Notes: a model not told the origin generated them from the letters alone. DNA of 64,000 nucleotides from an uncultured delta proteobacterium (GCA_963716725.1 CAVQUB010000013.1:288001-352000), one strand, 5' to 3'. Positions 41,192-50,735 are shown, counted from the first letter of the stretch. Translations and numbers: made by a program.

Positions 41192-41370
41192 AGGTCTGTC
41201 GAAGAATGGCGGAGCGCAAGCCGGCGGAGCCGGCCCACCCCGTCGGCCCGTCGGGTGTCACGCAGCGCGTCGCGTGGGGTGGGGCCCCAACGAATTCACT
41301 TCGGTGGGGCGGGGAGGCGCGTGCCTCCCCGATGACAAAGTGAAAGAGCTGTCGAATTTTCGATAGCTCT
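41192..41370 (+). mobile_element. 179-bp MITE-like element, copy 2 (uninterrupted)
   Basis: Begins immediately after the xdhB TGA (41189-41191), ends before TGA (41371-41373); near-identical to copy 1; internal hairpins. Confidence 0.88.
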
Positions 41371-41433
41371 TGAGCGCTCGCGGCGCCGAGGCGTCGGCTT
41401 GTACGCTCCAGACGCCTCCACTAATCTGTCCCG

Positions 41434-42960
41434 ATGCGGATCCGCCGTTGGGGCCTGGTCGCTGCCCTGCTCGCCCTTGGCTGCAGCAGCGAAGACGCAA
41501 GCTCGACGAGCGCGCCTCCAACCGCGGCCACGCCGCGTGACTCGACCCCCGACGGCCTGTTCCGCGACTTCATGGACGGCAAGTTCGACGGCCTAGGGCA
41601 CCCGCTGGACGCCGAGGTCTGGCAGGCCGAAGGCGACTGCAAGCCGACGACGGGCGTGAACGAAGCCGAGGGCCGCGGTCTGTCCACGACGAACCACGCT
41701 GGCGGCGTGGTCTGCAGCGCAACCTCGAAGACCATCGGACTCGGCCGCTTCACGCTCAACCTGCGGGCGCTCGTCACCGCCGCCTGCAGCGGCACCGACT
41801 GCGACGCGCCAGTGCTCACCGCGAAGATCAAGCGCCCTGACGGCACGACGCTCGAAGAAAAGACCTTCGGCTGGTCGAGCTTCTCGAGCCCGCTCACCTA
41901 CGCCAACGTCCCGTTGCGCTTCACTCACGCGGAGAGCGGTCCGGTCCAGCTCGAGGTGACCTGGAGCGGACAGGTCAGCGCGCGGCTCGACTATGTCGAG
42001 CTGTTCCGTTCTACCCAGAACCTGCTGGTCACGCCGTCTCAGGTGTTCGCGCCCGGCGCGACGATCGAGGTCGAGGCCGTCGATCCGCCTTCGGGTTTTC
42101 AGCTCATTTTTCACTGCAACGACAGCGAGCAGACGGACGCCGTCCAGAGCTTGCTCGAGAGCGGAGCTGCGACCCGCGAGGACACCGAATTCCGCAGCGT
42201 GTTTCGCTTCGTGGCTGACGACCTCGTGCAGAGCTGTCCACTGCCGAGCCGCCTCAGGTTCACCCTCGAGGCCAACGGCTGGAGCCGCGCAATGGCTCGC
42301 CTCAGCTTGTACTCAGAGGAGCCGCCCTGCACCTTCGTGCCCGGCACTCGCCGCGTGCTCTTGACGGGCTTCGAGCCCTTTCCAGCAGACTCGACCCACG
42401 ACAACAGCTCCGAGCGCGCCGTGACCGGCTTCGATCCGAGCAGCGTGCCGGGCGTTTCGGTGACCAAACTCACCTTGCCCGTCGAGTACGACACGGCCCC
42501 GGCCATCGTGGCGAGCGCCATCGCGCGCTGCAATCCGGACATCGTGATCGGATTCGGGCAAGGCCGCTCGGAGGTCGACCTCGAGACCACCGCCTACAAC
42601 ACCAAGAACTCGGCGGAGATCGCCGGCGGCTTCCCGGACAATCGAGGGCTCATCGCCGGTGGTGAGGCCATCGTCGCCGGCGGACCGGCCGAGTTGGGCA
42701 CCGGCCTGCCCAAAGAGAAGATCCACGCCTTGCTCTCCGAGGCCGGCGTCGCGGTGGGCTACTCGGACGATCCCGGGCGCTTCGTCTGCAACAACATCTT
42801 TTACCGAATCATGTCCGAGTCAGCCGGCACGCCCCGGGTCTCGGGCTTCGTGCACTTGCCCTACATGCACACGGTCGACGAGGCGAAGCAATCGACGCTG
42901 AACCAGGTCGTGAAGGCCGCCGTGACGGCCGCCGCCGAGAAGCACCAGTCGACGCAGTGA
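41434..42960 (+). CDS. lipoprotein with C-terminal pyroglutamyl-peptidase I (peptidase C15) domain
   Basis: Lipobox LLALGC; VLLTGFEPF, LPVEY, GQG....DLE..A.N, S.DPGRFVCN..FY, GFVHLP. Confidence 0.88.
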   Translation: MRIRRWGLVAALLALGCSSEDASSTSAPPTAATPRDSTPDGLFRDFMDGKFDGLGHPLDAEVWQAEGDCKPTTGVNEAEGRGLSTTNHAGGVVCSATSKTIGLGRFTLNLRALVTAACSGTDCDAPVLTAKIKRPDGTTLEEKTFGWSSFSSPLTYANVPLRFTHAESGPVQLEVTWSGQVSARLDYVELFRSTQNLLVTPSQVFAPGATIEVEAVDPPSGFQLIFHCNDSEQTDAVQSLLESGAATREDTEFRSVFRFVADDLVQSCPLPSRLRFTLEANGWSRAMARLSLYSEEPPCTFVPGTRRVLLTGFEPFPADSTHDNSSERAVTGFDPSSVPGVSVTKLTLPVEYDTAPAIVASAIARCNPDIVIGFGQGRSEVDLETTAYNTKNSAEIAGGFPDNRGLIAGGEAIVAGGPAELGTGLPKEKIHALLSEAGVAVGYSDDPGRFVCNNIFYRIMSESAGTPRVSGFVHLPYMHTVDEAKQSTLNQVVKAAVTAAAEKHQSTQ

Positions 42961-43635
42961 TCAGGCGGCGGCGACGGCTCGCTGAGCGACCAATTCGCTG
43001 AGGCGCCGCTCCAGCTTGTGGCGCTTGGTATAGACCGTGGCGACGCTGATGCCCATTCGCGCGGCGATGGCCTCGGGCGCCAGATCTTGCCCAAAGTAGA
43101 GCGCGAAGAACTCTCGCTCGCGGTCCGAGAGACCGGCGAGCACCTTGGTGACAATCTGGGCCTGCTCTCGCTCCCAGAGCTCTTGGTGCGGGTCCGGGCG
43201 GTCGCACTCCGTCTCGAAGATCTCGATGCGCGTGTCCACCGGACAACGCTTGATCCGGCGCAGGTGGTCGTAGGTCGCCTGCATGGCCATACGAGTGAGC
43301 CAGCTGCCCAAACGCGCTCCGCGAGTCGGATCGAAGGACCGGAGCTTCTGCTTGTCACGTGCGATGAGCGAGAGGCAGAGCTTGGCGTAGACCTCGCGCA
43401 CGTCGTCGGAGCCGGTCACCGCGCCAAAGCGCGAGAGGATGCGCCCGATGGCTCGGTGCAGAGGCGCCGCGTAGATCGAGTTGAACTCGCGCCAAGCGCA
43501 GGGCTCGTCGGCGACGAGGCGCGAGACAAACACGGCTTCTTGCTGAAGCTCGGCCTTCGCGGCGGGCTTCTTGGGGGCTCGAAAGGAAGTGGCTTGGATC
43601 TGCATGACGTTGCCGGCGCCTACAGCAACCGACAT
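42961..43635 (-). CDS. ECF-type sigma-70 factor
   Basis: Region 2 (F...RG..L..WL.R.A.....DHLR) and region 4 (L..LS.RER..F.L.....L..E.IA.RMGIS..TVY). Confidence 0.88.
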   Translation of the reverse strand: MSVAVGAGNVMQIQATSFRAPKKPAAKAELQQEAVFVSRLVADEPCAWREFNSIYAAPLHRAIGRILSRFGAVTGSDDVREVYAKLCLSLIARDKQKLRSFDPTRGARLGSWLTRMAMQATYDHLRRIKRCPVDTRIEIFETECDRPDPHQELWEREQAQIVTKVLAGLSDREREFFALYFGQDLAPEAIAARMGISVATVYTKRHKLERRLSELVAQRAVAAA

Positions 43636-43731
43636 GCCAGCCCCGAGTGGGCCGTTTCCTCAGCATTTCCCCGATTTCGGCTGTGGCGCGCGCGCCGCAG
43701 GTGCCCCGAGATCCGGGGCGCGCAGACCGCA

Positions 43732-43995
43732 TCACGGGGCGGTCTGCGCCTCGATGGAGGGCGGCGGGAGACTCGACCCCGGCGGCGGCCACACGCGATA
43801 CGCCTGAACCGGCGCAGTCTTCCCTTTCACGCTGAGCGGGGCCAGCGCCTGCTTCGGAAAATCGGTGGGCAGGTTCGGAACGCTGATCGCGATCGCTCCC
43901 AGCCAGAGCCAGAGCGCGACGCGCGGCAGGGGTCTCGGCACCCGCGCCGCCGGCGTGAGCACCGTGAGCGCGGACGATGGCTTCGCCGCAGGCAT
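43732..43995 (-). pseudogene. remnant: N-terminal hydrophobic segment joined to class III adenylate/guanylate cyclase C-terminal tail
   Basis: LAPLSVKGKTAPVQAYRV matches the cyclase C-terminal VKGK motif; catalytic core absent. Confidence 0.5.
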
Positions 43996-44011
43996 CGGCA
44001 GCGAGACTACC

Positions 44012-45028
44012 TCAGTCGCCGCACTCCACCTTCGCAGTCGTGTCACGAATCCAGGCCTGCACACCGCGGAGATCCACTGAGCGATCGTTGTGCGGCATCG
44101 GTAGTCCGCGGACGAACCAACTGGCCAATCGGTCCGACTCCGCCATCGACGGCTGGGGACAGACGCCAAAGGGCAGCGCGACCTGATGCACAGTGCTGCA
44201 GCCCACCCCAGGATTGCCTGTGAAATTGTTGGGGTTTCGCAGGAGCTTGTAGATCAGGTAGCTGTTCTCGGGTCGGCCGCGATCGATGATCGGCATGTTC
44301 ACTCCGAGCCGCGGCGGGTTCTCGAGGGGCTGGCCCGAGTGGGCTCCGCTCTCGGTTTGGTGGGCCACGCGGTCGATGGCGGTCTGCGCGAGTCCTTGGG
44401 CGTTGTCGAGCCGCAGCCCCATGCGCGCGTCAGCTCCGCCATGACAGCTATTGCTCGAGCACCCGGCGCGTTTTTCGACCGGAATGCCAGGCGCGAGGGC
44501 CTCTAGGAGCTGGCAGGTGTCTTCGAAGGGCGGGAGGGTCGGAGAGGGAGGCGCCGTCGGCGCTTCTCGTGTACGGAAGTCGAAGGTGAGGGGGACGCCT
44601 GCCTCCGCGAGCGGCGCGCGGTCGAAGGCCCGGAAACCAAGGTCGTCTTCCTCCTTTGGCGAGAGCAGCTCGACGGTGTAACGCACGCCGGGCTCGAGCC
44701 GGGCTCCGGACGGCAGTCGATACACGAGCACCCGCTCAACCAGGTCGTACTCCGGCTGCGCGAAGACGCCGAGATCTTCGCTCCCGGTGTAGATGGCGAT
44801 GGATTGCCGGACCGCCGTCGACGGCAGTAAGTACCGGTCGAAGCGGAGCTCGAGCGCGGTCTCCATAGGTACGCCGCAGTCGTCCGGCGCCCCAAGCCCG
44901 CACTCCGTGCCTGCGCCCGGAGCGGGGTGCACGGCGACGATGTGGAGCGGGGGCCCCTGAGACGCCTGCAACGTAGGCGTGCCCTGATCGCAACCGATCA
45001 GTGCCAGCGCGATGAAGGCGAGCTTCAG
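44012..45028 (-). CDS. lipoprotein with Ig-like (Big_5-like) domain and atypical CX4CH heme motif
   Basis: Lipobox ALIGC; V.P..G...VP....ELRFDR.L.P.T; CSSNSCHGG...GL.L, I..G.PENSYLIYKL, MP, WI; no canonical start codon near the signal peptide. Confidence 0.65.
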   Translation of the reverse strand: MKLAFIALALIGCDQGTPTLQASQGPPLHIVAVHPAPGAGTECGLGAPDDCGVPMETALELRFDRYLLPSTAVRQSIAIYTGSEDLGVFAQPEYDLVERVLVYRLPSGARLEPGVRYTVELLSPKEEDDLGFRAFDRAPLAEAGVPLTFDFRTREAPTAPPSPTLPPFEDTCQLLEALAPGIPVEKRAGCSSNSCHGGADARMGLRLDNAQGLAQTAIDRVAHQTESGAHSGQPLENPPRLGVNMPIIDRGRPENSYLIYKLLRNPNNFTGNPGVGCSTVHQVALPFGVCPQPSMAESDRLASWFVRGLPMPHNDRSVDLRGVQAWIRDTTAKVECGD

Positions 45029-45279
45029 CTCTCGGCGTACATCCGGAGCTGCTCGCGGACCGTTGCTTCGCTCACGCCGGTGCGGATGTGATCCTTCAGG
45101 CAGTCGGCCAGAGTGATCAGCACGTCGTCGATGCCCTTCTCCTCGATGATCTTCGAAAGAAGGGCGCGCGCCTCGCGGCTGTCGTCCTCGCGCAGGAACT
45201 CCCGCACCTTCTCGACGGAGATGTCCCCCTGAAAGTCCAAGTACATGTTTTCCAAGAGATAGCGGACGAGCTCCTTCAC
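45025..45279 (-). CDS. small acidic helical hypothetical protein
   Basis: GTG start with GGAGG upstream; 84 aa with strong GC3 codon bias. Confidence 0.75.
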   Translation of the reverse strand: MKELVRYLLENMYLDFQGDISVEKVREFLREDDSREARALLSKIIEEKGIDDVLITLADCLKDHIRTGVSEATVREQLRMYAES

Positions 45280-45417
45280 GCGGGGCCTCCTGCAAAAGGG
45301 GAACCAGCGCTGAAGGCGCCGGCGAAGCTTCGTAATACCTCCCACGGGATTGCGCGGGCAAGCGGATTGAGCCGGCGCGGTCGAATTTCGACGACCCAGG
45401 CGTTCTGAGCCGAGACG

Positions 45418-46803
45418 TCACCGGCACTCCTGCAGCTGGGGGTCGGCCGGATCGTGACAAACCAAGCACGGGCGCGCGTTCTTGCGGAGCGCCCCGCGGC
45501 AGCGGTCGCGGAAATTCCGGGGGTGCGGGTTGACTCCCTGTCCCCCGAAGCCGGAGTCGCCCACGCCGGGGGTGCTCGGACCAAACCCCCGGCCACCCCG
45601 CGCCGGAGTCGCGTGACAGGTCGCGCAGTCGCGCTCAACGTGACAGCTCGCGCAGGCGTTGATGTTTCGCTGTGCTTCCCAGGCGTGGTGCGCGGAGGAA
45701 CGTGGAGGGTTGGACCACAGGTCGGCAGGGGGGTGAAAGCGACCGCGCCCCGCGAAGTTGGCGTAGGGACCGCTCATGGCGACGCCCGCCCGCTGGTGGC
45801 AGCCGACGCAGAACGATTGCTGGCGGTGACAGCTCGTACAGCTCGGGTTGTTCTGACGGGCCGCCATGGGGTGCATGCTGATCCAGTCGTTGGGATGGAT
45901 CTTGCGCGGCCGAACCCGACCGTCATGACAGTCAGTGCAGAAGCGCGGCTGGTGGCAGGTTGCGCACAGCTGGCTGTCGTTGCCCGCCACCTGCTTGTGC
46001 CGCTCGATCCAGTCGGCTCCATGCCCCGAGTCGTGGAGCCACTGTGGAGGTTTCAGGCTCCCGGACGCGAACTGGGTCTTCATCACCCCGCCCTTCTCGG
46101 TCAAGTGACAGTTCAGGCACTCGCCCTTGGCCTTGCCTCGGGCCGGCCCGGGCATCTGGTGACAAGTGAAGCACCCTTTCATGCGCGGCAGCTGATCACG
46201 GGTGGCGAGCTCGATGTTCTCCACGGCGCCATGACACTGAGCGCAAGCGATGTTCCGACTGGCGTGCACCGCGTGGTTCATTCGCAGGTTCGGCTGCGGC
46301 ATCACCATGCGCGCCACTCGGTTGCCGTCGCCCGCTTTGTAGCCGACGTGGCAGAAGCCGCATTGAGCAATCAAGGCATCGTCGTCGGTGGTCACGGCGG
46401 ACAAGTCGCGGTGGTCGCTGCCATGACACGCGTCGCAGCGGGTGGGCTTGGGCAAGAGCGAGTCCTGGCCGCGCTTGCTGGTCTTCGCCCGGTCGTGGCA
46501 GGTGGTGCAGCTGAGCCCGAGCTCCTTGACGTGTTTCTTGTGATTGAAGCGGATCGTCAGCTGCTGCGGCGGGAAGATCACCGGGCTCGGGCCGCCGTCC
46601 CCATGGACCGCACCGGGCGGGCGGTCGTGGAGCGGGACGCTGGCATTTCCCGGCAGCGGCGCCAGGCCTCGAACGCCAAGAGCCGGGGATGGCGGCGCGA
46701 CGGCGGGTGCGGCCCCCGAAGGCGCGGCGCGCGCTGCGTCGAGGCCCAAGCCGAGGCCGAGGGCCACGGTAGAGCTCAGGCAGAGCAGCCACAGTCCCCT
46801 CAT
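45418..46803 (-). CDS. 13-heme periplasmic cytochrome c
   Basis: Signal peptide; 13 CxxCH motifs counted: CTTCH, CDACH, CGFCH, CAQCH, CFTCH, CLNCH, CATCH, CTDCH, CTSCH, CVGCH, CASCH, CATCH, CLVCH. Confidence 0.93.
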   Translation of the reverse strand: MRGLWLLCLSSTVALGLGLGLDAARAAPSGAAPAVAPPSPALGVRGLAPLPGNASVPLHDRPPGAVHGDGGPSPVIFPPQQLTIRFNHKKHVKELGLSCTTCHDRAKTSKRGQDSLLPKPTRCDACHGSDHRDLSAVTTDDDALIAQCGFCHVGYKAGDGNRVARMVMPQPNLRMNHAVHASRNIACAQCHGAVENIELATRDQLPRMKGCFTCHQMPGPARGKAKGECLNCHLTEKGGVMKTQFASGSLKPPQWLHDSGHGADWIERHKQVAGNDSQLCATCHQPRFCTDCHDGRVRPRKIHPNDWISMHPMAARQNNPSCTSCHRQQSFCVGCHQRAGVAMSGPYANFAGRGRFHPPADLWSNPPRSSAHHAWEAQRNINACASCHVERDCATCHATPARGGRGFGPSTPGVGDSGFGGQGVNPHPRNFRDRCRGALRKNARPCLVCHDPADPQLQECR

Positions 46804-48317
46804 TTGAGCACCGTGAGGTCGAGCGTGGCCAGCAAGCGATAGCGCTGACCGACGAGTCGGTTCGTGCTGTGCTCCCACTCGAGACCGAAGCGGGTTTCGT
46901 CGAAGGGCTTGATGCCGCCTCCGGCAACGTAAGAGAAGCTGGTCGCCGAGCGGTCCGTGCGAAGACCATCCTCCCAGTCGTAGAGCGATACGATGGCGAG
47001 GGTGTCGTAGAGGCCGCGGTCGAAGGCTTGATTCAGCGTCAGGTCACTGCCAACTCGGTGGCCGCGCTTGCCGGTCTCCGTCATGCCGCGCAGACCGAGA
47101 TTGCCATCGGACCAGCGGTACCGGCCCGCGAGGTTCCCGACGAAGTCCGTGAGCCGTCCGGTCTCGCTGCGATCAGGATCGCGTCCGGCTTGTTCGACGA
47201 TGCCGTAGCTGCCGCTGTCTCCTTCGGTTTCGAAGATCTTGGCTCCGCTGCTCAGCGCCACGTCAAATCGGGGCGACGGGCGCCACTCGGCTCGACCGAG
47301 CAGCGTGGTGATCCCGCTGTGCGAAAACCAATTCCAGATCGAGTCCCCGTCGAAGGTCGGGTAGCTGTAGTCGTAGTCGGCGCCGACCGAGATCGCCGAG
47401 GTAGTGTACCAGTCGAGGGCCAACGCGCGATCGCTCACCACCTGGCTGTAGAAGTCGTAGACCAAGTTGCCGCGGACCGCGCCCAGCGACGCTTCGCTGG
47501 CGCGGAGCGAGTATCCGATGCGTTCGCTGGATACGCGATCGCCGCCCACACGCTGATAGCCATCGCCGGCGTCCGGAAAGGGTGAGACGACCACACGATC
47601 ACGATTGACGACCTTGCGATACGAGAGACGGCCGTGGACGAAGTGCACGCCGGTGGTCTCGATCGCGAAGCCGAAGGCCGGCGCCAGCTTCGACTCGCGC
47701 AAAAAATAGGGAACTTGGTTCAGCTCGAGTTCTTGGCGGTTGCCGCGATAGACGCCGTCGGACGCGTAGCGTTCCGTACCAAGCAGCAGCGGCAGACCCC
47801 CGCGCTGCTCGAAGCCCGCGTAGGCTTCGACCTGAACGTAGGCCGGCGTGGTGAGCCGCACGAGCCCGCCGTCGAAGGACCACCAACCGAGAGAGTCGGT
47901 CACGTACTGGCGCCCGGCGCGAAAGCCCACGAAGCCGCCCAGGTAGTTGCGGCCCTCGAGGTACGCGTACATCACGTCCACCGGCGCTTGTTCGAGATCC
48001 GGAACGAAGGTGCTGGGCTGGCGCGGATTGCGCTCTTCTCCCTCCTTGCCGAAATCTGCGTCGAGTCGCAGCCGCGCCTTGAACGAGAGCTGGGGGCCGA
48101 AGGGCACGAATTCGCCCTGCATGTCGTAGACGTGGAGCGCGAGCGCTTGCGTGTAGCGCCTGCGCCGCACGACGGGATCACCCCACGGCGAGCGCAAGGT
48201 GTAGAACTGCGCGTCGCTGGTCGCTGCCACCTCTGCTTCGTACGCGTGCGCAGGTCCGCCGGTGAGCGGTAGCGTCAACGCGCTCAGAATGATCAGGCTC
48301 GCGCGACGACCTCTCAT
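46800..48317 (-). CDS. predicted outer-membrane beta-barrel (porin) coupled to the multiheme cytochrome
   Basis: Signal peptide ending AHA; amphipathic beta-strands throughout; RAGRQ, FDGG motifs; C-terminal strand YRLLATLDLTV; ATGA overlap with the cytochrome. Confidence 0.75.
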   Translation of the reverse strand: MRGRRASLIILSALTLPLTGGPAHAYEAEVAATSDAQFYTLRSPWGDPVVRRRRYTQALALHVYDMQGEFVPFGPQLSFKARLRLDADFGKEGEERNPRQPSTFVPDLEQAPVDVMYAYLEGRNYLGGFVGFRAGRQYVTDSLGWWSFDGGLVRLTTPAYVQVEAYAGFEQRGGLPLLLGTERYASDGVYRGNRQELELNQVPYFLRESKLAPAFGFAIETTGVHFVHGRLSYRKVVNRDRVVVSPFPDAGDGYQRVGGDRVSSERIGYSLRASEASLGAVRGNLVYDFYSQVVSDRALALDWYTTSAISVGADYDYSYPTFDGDSIWNWFSHSGITTLLGRAEWRPSPRFDVALSSGAKIFETEGDSGSYGIVEQAGRDPDRSETGRLTDFVGNLAGRYRWSDGNLGLRGMTETGKRGHRVGSDLTLNQAFDRGLYDTLAIVSLYDWEDGLRTDRSATSFSYVAGGGIKPFDETRFGLEWEHSTNRLVGQRYRLLATLDLTVLK

Positions 48318-48359
48318 GGGGGAGCGAGACCCCAGCATCGTCGAGCGAATTGACGGCTG

Positions 48360-49325
48360 TCAACTCGCCGCGTGCTGCGCGGACTCGCCGCCGCTCGCCC
48401 ACCGGCCCAACTGCACGAGATCGGCGGGGGGCACGAACTCCGCCAGCTCGTCGAGCGCGCCCACCCGCTTGACGTCGGCGCCGAGCTTGAGGGCACAGGC
48501 CCGCGCGACGACCGCGACCAAGGGGTGGGGCGAGGCGGTCAGCGGCATCAGCTCGCCGAGCAGTGATCTCTCGCCGAGCTCGGCCGCGATCAAGGCGGCC
48601 AGCGGCCTGGCATCTGCCGGACCCGCGCCCTCGCCGGTGATCAGCCGAGCCAGCACACTCCGTGTCTCGGGACAAGCAACGCTCCCCGGGTGGCGGTAAC
48701 TCTTCGGTGAGAGCGCCAGCCGCTCTTCGAGTTCCCCGGAGCACAACAGCCAATGAGCCTGCGCGAGCAACCTCTCGCACACGGGCTCGAAGGCGTCATC
48801 GACACCCGTCGCACCGTCCAGGTCGAGCGCCAGCGGTCGGCCGGCTTCCTCGGCGTAGCGGTGCAGGTTGGCCTCGAGTCCTTCGAGCGCCACGTCCCCC
48901 GGCGCGCGGCCCCCCAGCGTCTCCTGGGCCGTGCGGATCTTCACTACGCTCCAGCGCGTCGAGGGCGTCGCTTGATCCATCTCGTGCACGGCCTCCACCT
49001 GTACCTCGCAGACCGCAGCCCAACGCAAGACGCGCGGCTCGCCTTCCGAATGCACCAACACCCCCCAAGGCACGATGGACATCCGCGCTTCGCGCATGCA
49101 CTCCCTCGACAGCACCGGACCCAGCGCGCGGTTCAGGAGCACGACACCCGCGGCCGCCAGCGCCACGGCCAGGGCCACGCTCACCCAGTCCAGTCGGCCG
49201 GCGATCAGCAGCGTGACGCAGAACGCCGAAGTGCCCACGGCGACCCGGGCGCGGCGCGCGCGCCGCGAGTCCGGACCCGGCTCGACGCCGACGAGGCGAA
49301 AGTCCGGTGGAGGGGGCGACACCAC
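48360..49325 (-). CDS. hypothetical membrane protein
   Basis: Two TM segments, PH-like middle and helical C-terminus; fills the gap in the same orientation. Confidence 0.6.
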   Translation of the reverse strand: MVSPPPPDFRLVGVEPGPDSRRARRARVAVGTSAFCVTLLIAGRLDWVSVALAVALAAAGVVLLNRALGPVLSRECMREARMSIVPWGVLVHSEGEPRVLRWAAVCEVQVEAVHEMDQATPSTRWSVVKIRTAQETLGGRAPGDVALEGLEANLHRYAEEAGRPLALDLDGATGVDDAFEPVCERLLAQAHWLLCSGELEERLALSPKSYRHPGSVACPETRSVLARLITGEGAGPADARPLAALIAAELGERSLLGELMPLTASPHPLVAVVARACALKLGADVKRVGALDELAEFVPPADLVQLGRWASGGESAQHAAS

Positions 49326-49373
49326 CCCTCGAGGTTAGCACCTCCACCGAACCTGGCCGCCGCGGGCTGTCCC

Positions 49374-50735
49374 TCAGGGGAAGAGCTCGCGCTCTTCGTA
49401 GACCTGCCGCAGGCGCTCGAGCGCCACGCAGTAGCAGGCCGTGCGGAAATCGGTCTGATACTCGCGTGCGGCGTGGACCATGCGGCTGTACGCGTGCTCC
49501 ATCGTTTCTTTGAGCCGGCGGTCCACCTCTGCAAGGTCCCACGACTCGCTGCGGCGATTCTGCACCCACTCGTAGTAGCTGACAGTCACGCCGCCGGCGT
49601 TGGCCAGCACGTCCGGCAAGATGTCGATGCCTTTCTTGAGCAGCGCAGCCTCGCCTTCCGGATTGCAGGGTCCGTTGGCGCCCTCGGCGACTAGCCGCAC
49701 GGTCAGCGCGTCCGCTTCGGCCGGCCCGATCTGATTCTCGAGAGCCGCGGGCACGAAGATGTCGGCCTGGACGCCGAAGAACTCCTCGCGGGTGATGGCC
49801 TTTCCGTTGGGGTAGCCAGCGATGCTGCCCTTGTCCTCGACGTACTTCTGCAGGCGATGCGAGTTGAAGCCCTCGGGGTTGTACAGGTACCCCGTGTGGT
49901 CACCGACCGCCGACAGCGACACGCCCATGTGGCTCAGCAACACCGCGGTGTGAGAGCCCACGTTGCCGAAGCCCTGGACGATGAGCTTCTTGCCTTCGAG
50001 GTCGAACTGATTTCGCCGCGCCCAATCGACGATGCAGTAGACGACGCCCTGCCCCGTCGCCTTCTCGCGACCTAGGGTTCCGCCGCTGGCGATGGGCTTT
50101 CCGGTCACGACGCCGAGCACGGCCTGCTTCTGCACCATGCCCACGGTGTTCATGTAGGTGTCCATGGCCCACGCCATGGTCTGCGCGTTGGTACCCATGT
50201 CGGGCGCGGCGATGTCGTAGTCCGGGCCGATGTTGCCCCCGAGCGCGTGGAAGAAGCGGCGGGTGACGCGCTGGAGCTCGTTGCGACTGACGGTGCGCGG
50301 GTTGAACTTGATGCCGCCCTTGCCGCCGCCAAAGGGCAGGCCCATCAGCGAGCACTTGTAGGTCATCAGCGAGGCGAGCGCCTTGAAGTCGTCCAGGCTC
50401 GCGCTCTCGTGAAAGCGCATCCCGCCCTTGTACGGGCCGAGGATATTCGAGTGTTGGATGCGATAGCCCTTGAAGAGCCTCACCTGCCCGTCGTCCATGC
50501 GAACGGGGAAGTGACAGATGATCTCGTTCTTGGGCTGGCTCAGGATCTGGTGCACGTAGTCCGGCACCTTCGTCAGCTTGGCCGCCTTGTCGAGGTATCG
50601 CTGGACGACGTTGAAGAATTCGTAGCGCGGCGCGCCGGGCGGCAGGTTCGTCGGCGAGGAGATGTTCTCCTCTTCGAAGCGGCGGGACGATGGTGCGGGT
50701 TCTTTGATTGCCGGTTGGGATGGGGTGACGCTCAT
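49374..50735 (-). CDS. gdhA: Glu/Leu/Phe/Val dehydrogenase (glutamate dehydrogenase)
   Basis: GPYKGGMRFH, MTYKC, PFGGGKGG, APDMGT, VTGKP..GG..GR..ATG.G, QGFGNVG, EGANGP, NAGGV.VSY.EWVQN. Confidence 0.95.
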   Translation of the reverse strand: MSVTPSQPAIKEPAPSSRRFEEENISSPTNLPPGAPRYEFFNVVQRYLDKAAKLTKVPDYVHQILSQPKNEIICHFPVRMDDGQVRLFKGYRIQHSNILGPYKGGMRFHESASLDDFKALASLMTYKCSLMGLPFGGGKGGIKFNPRTVSRNELQRVTRRFFHALGGNIGPDYDIAAPDMGTNAQTMAWAMDTYMNTVGMVQKQAVLGVVTGKPIASGGTLGREKATGQGVVYCIVDWARRNQFDLEGKKLIVQGFGNVGSHTAVLLSHMGVSLSAVGDHTGYLYNPEGFNSHRLQKYVEDKGSIAGYPNGKAITREEFFGVQADIFVPAALENQIGPAEADALTVRLVAEGANGPCNPEGEAALLKKGIDILPDVLANAGGVTVSYYEWVQNRRSESWDLAEVDRRLKETMEHAYSRMVHAAREYQTDFRTACYCVALERLRQVYEERELFP

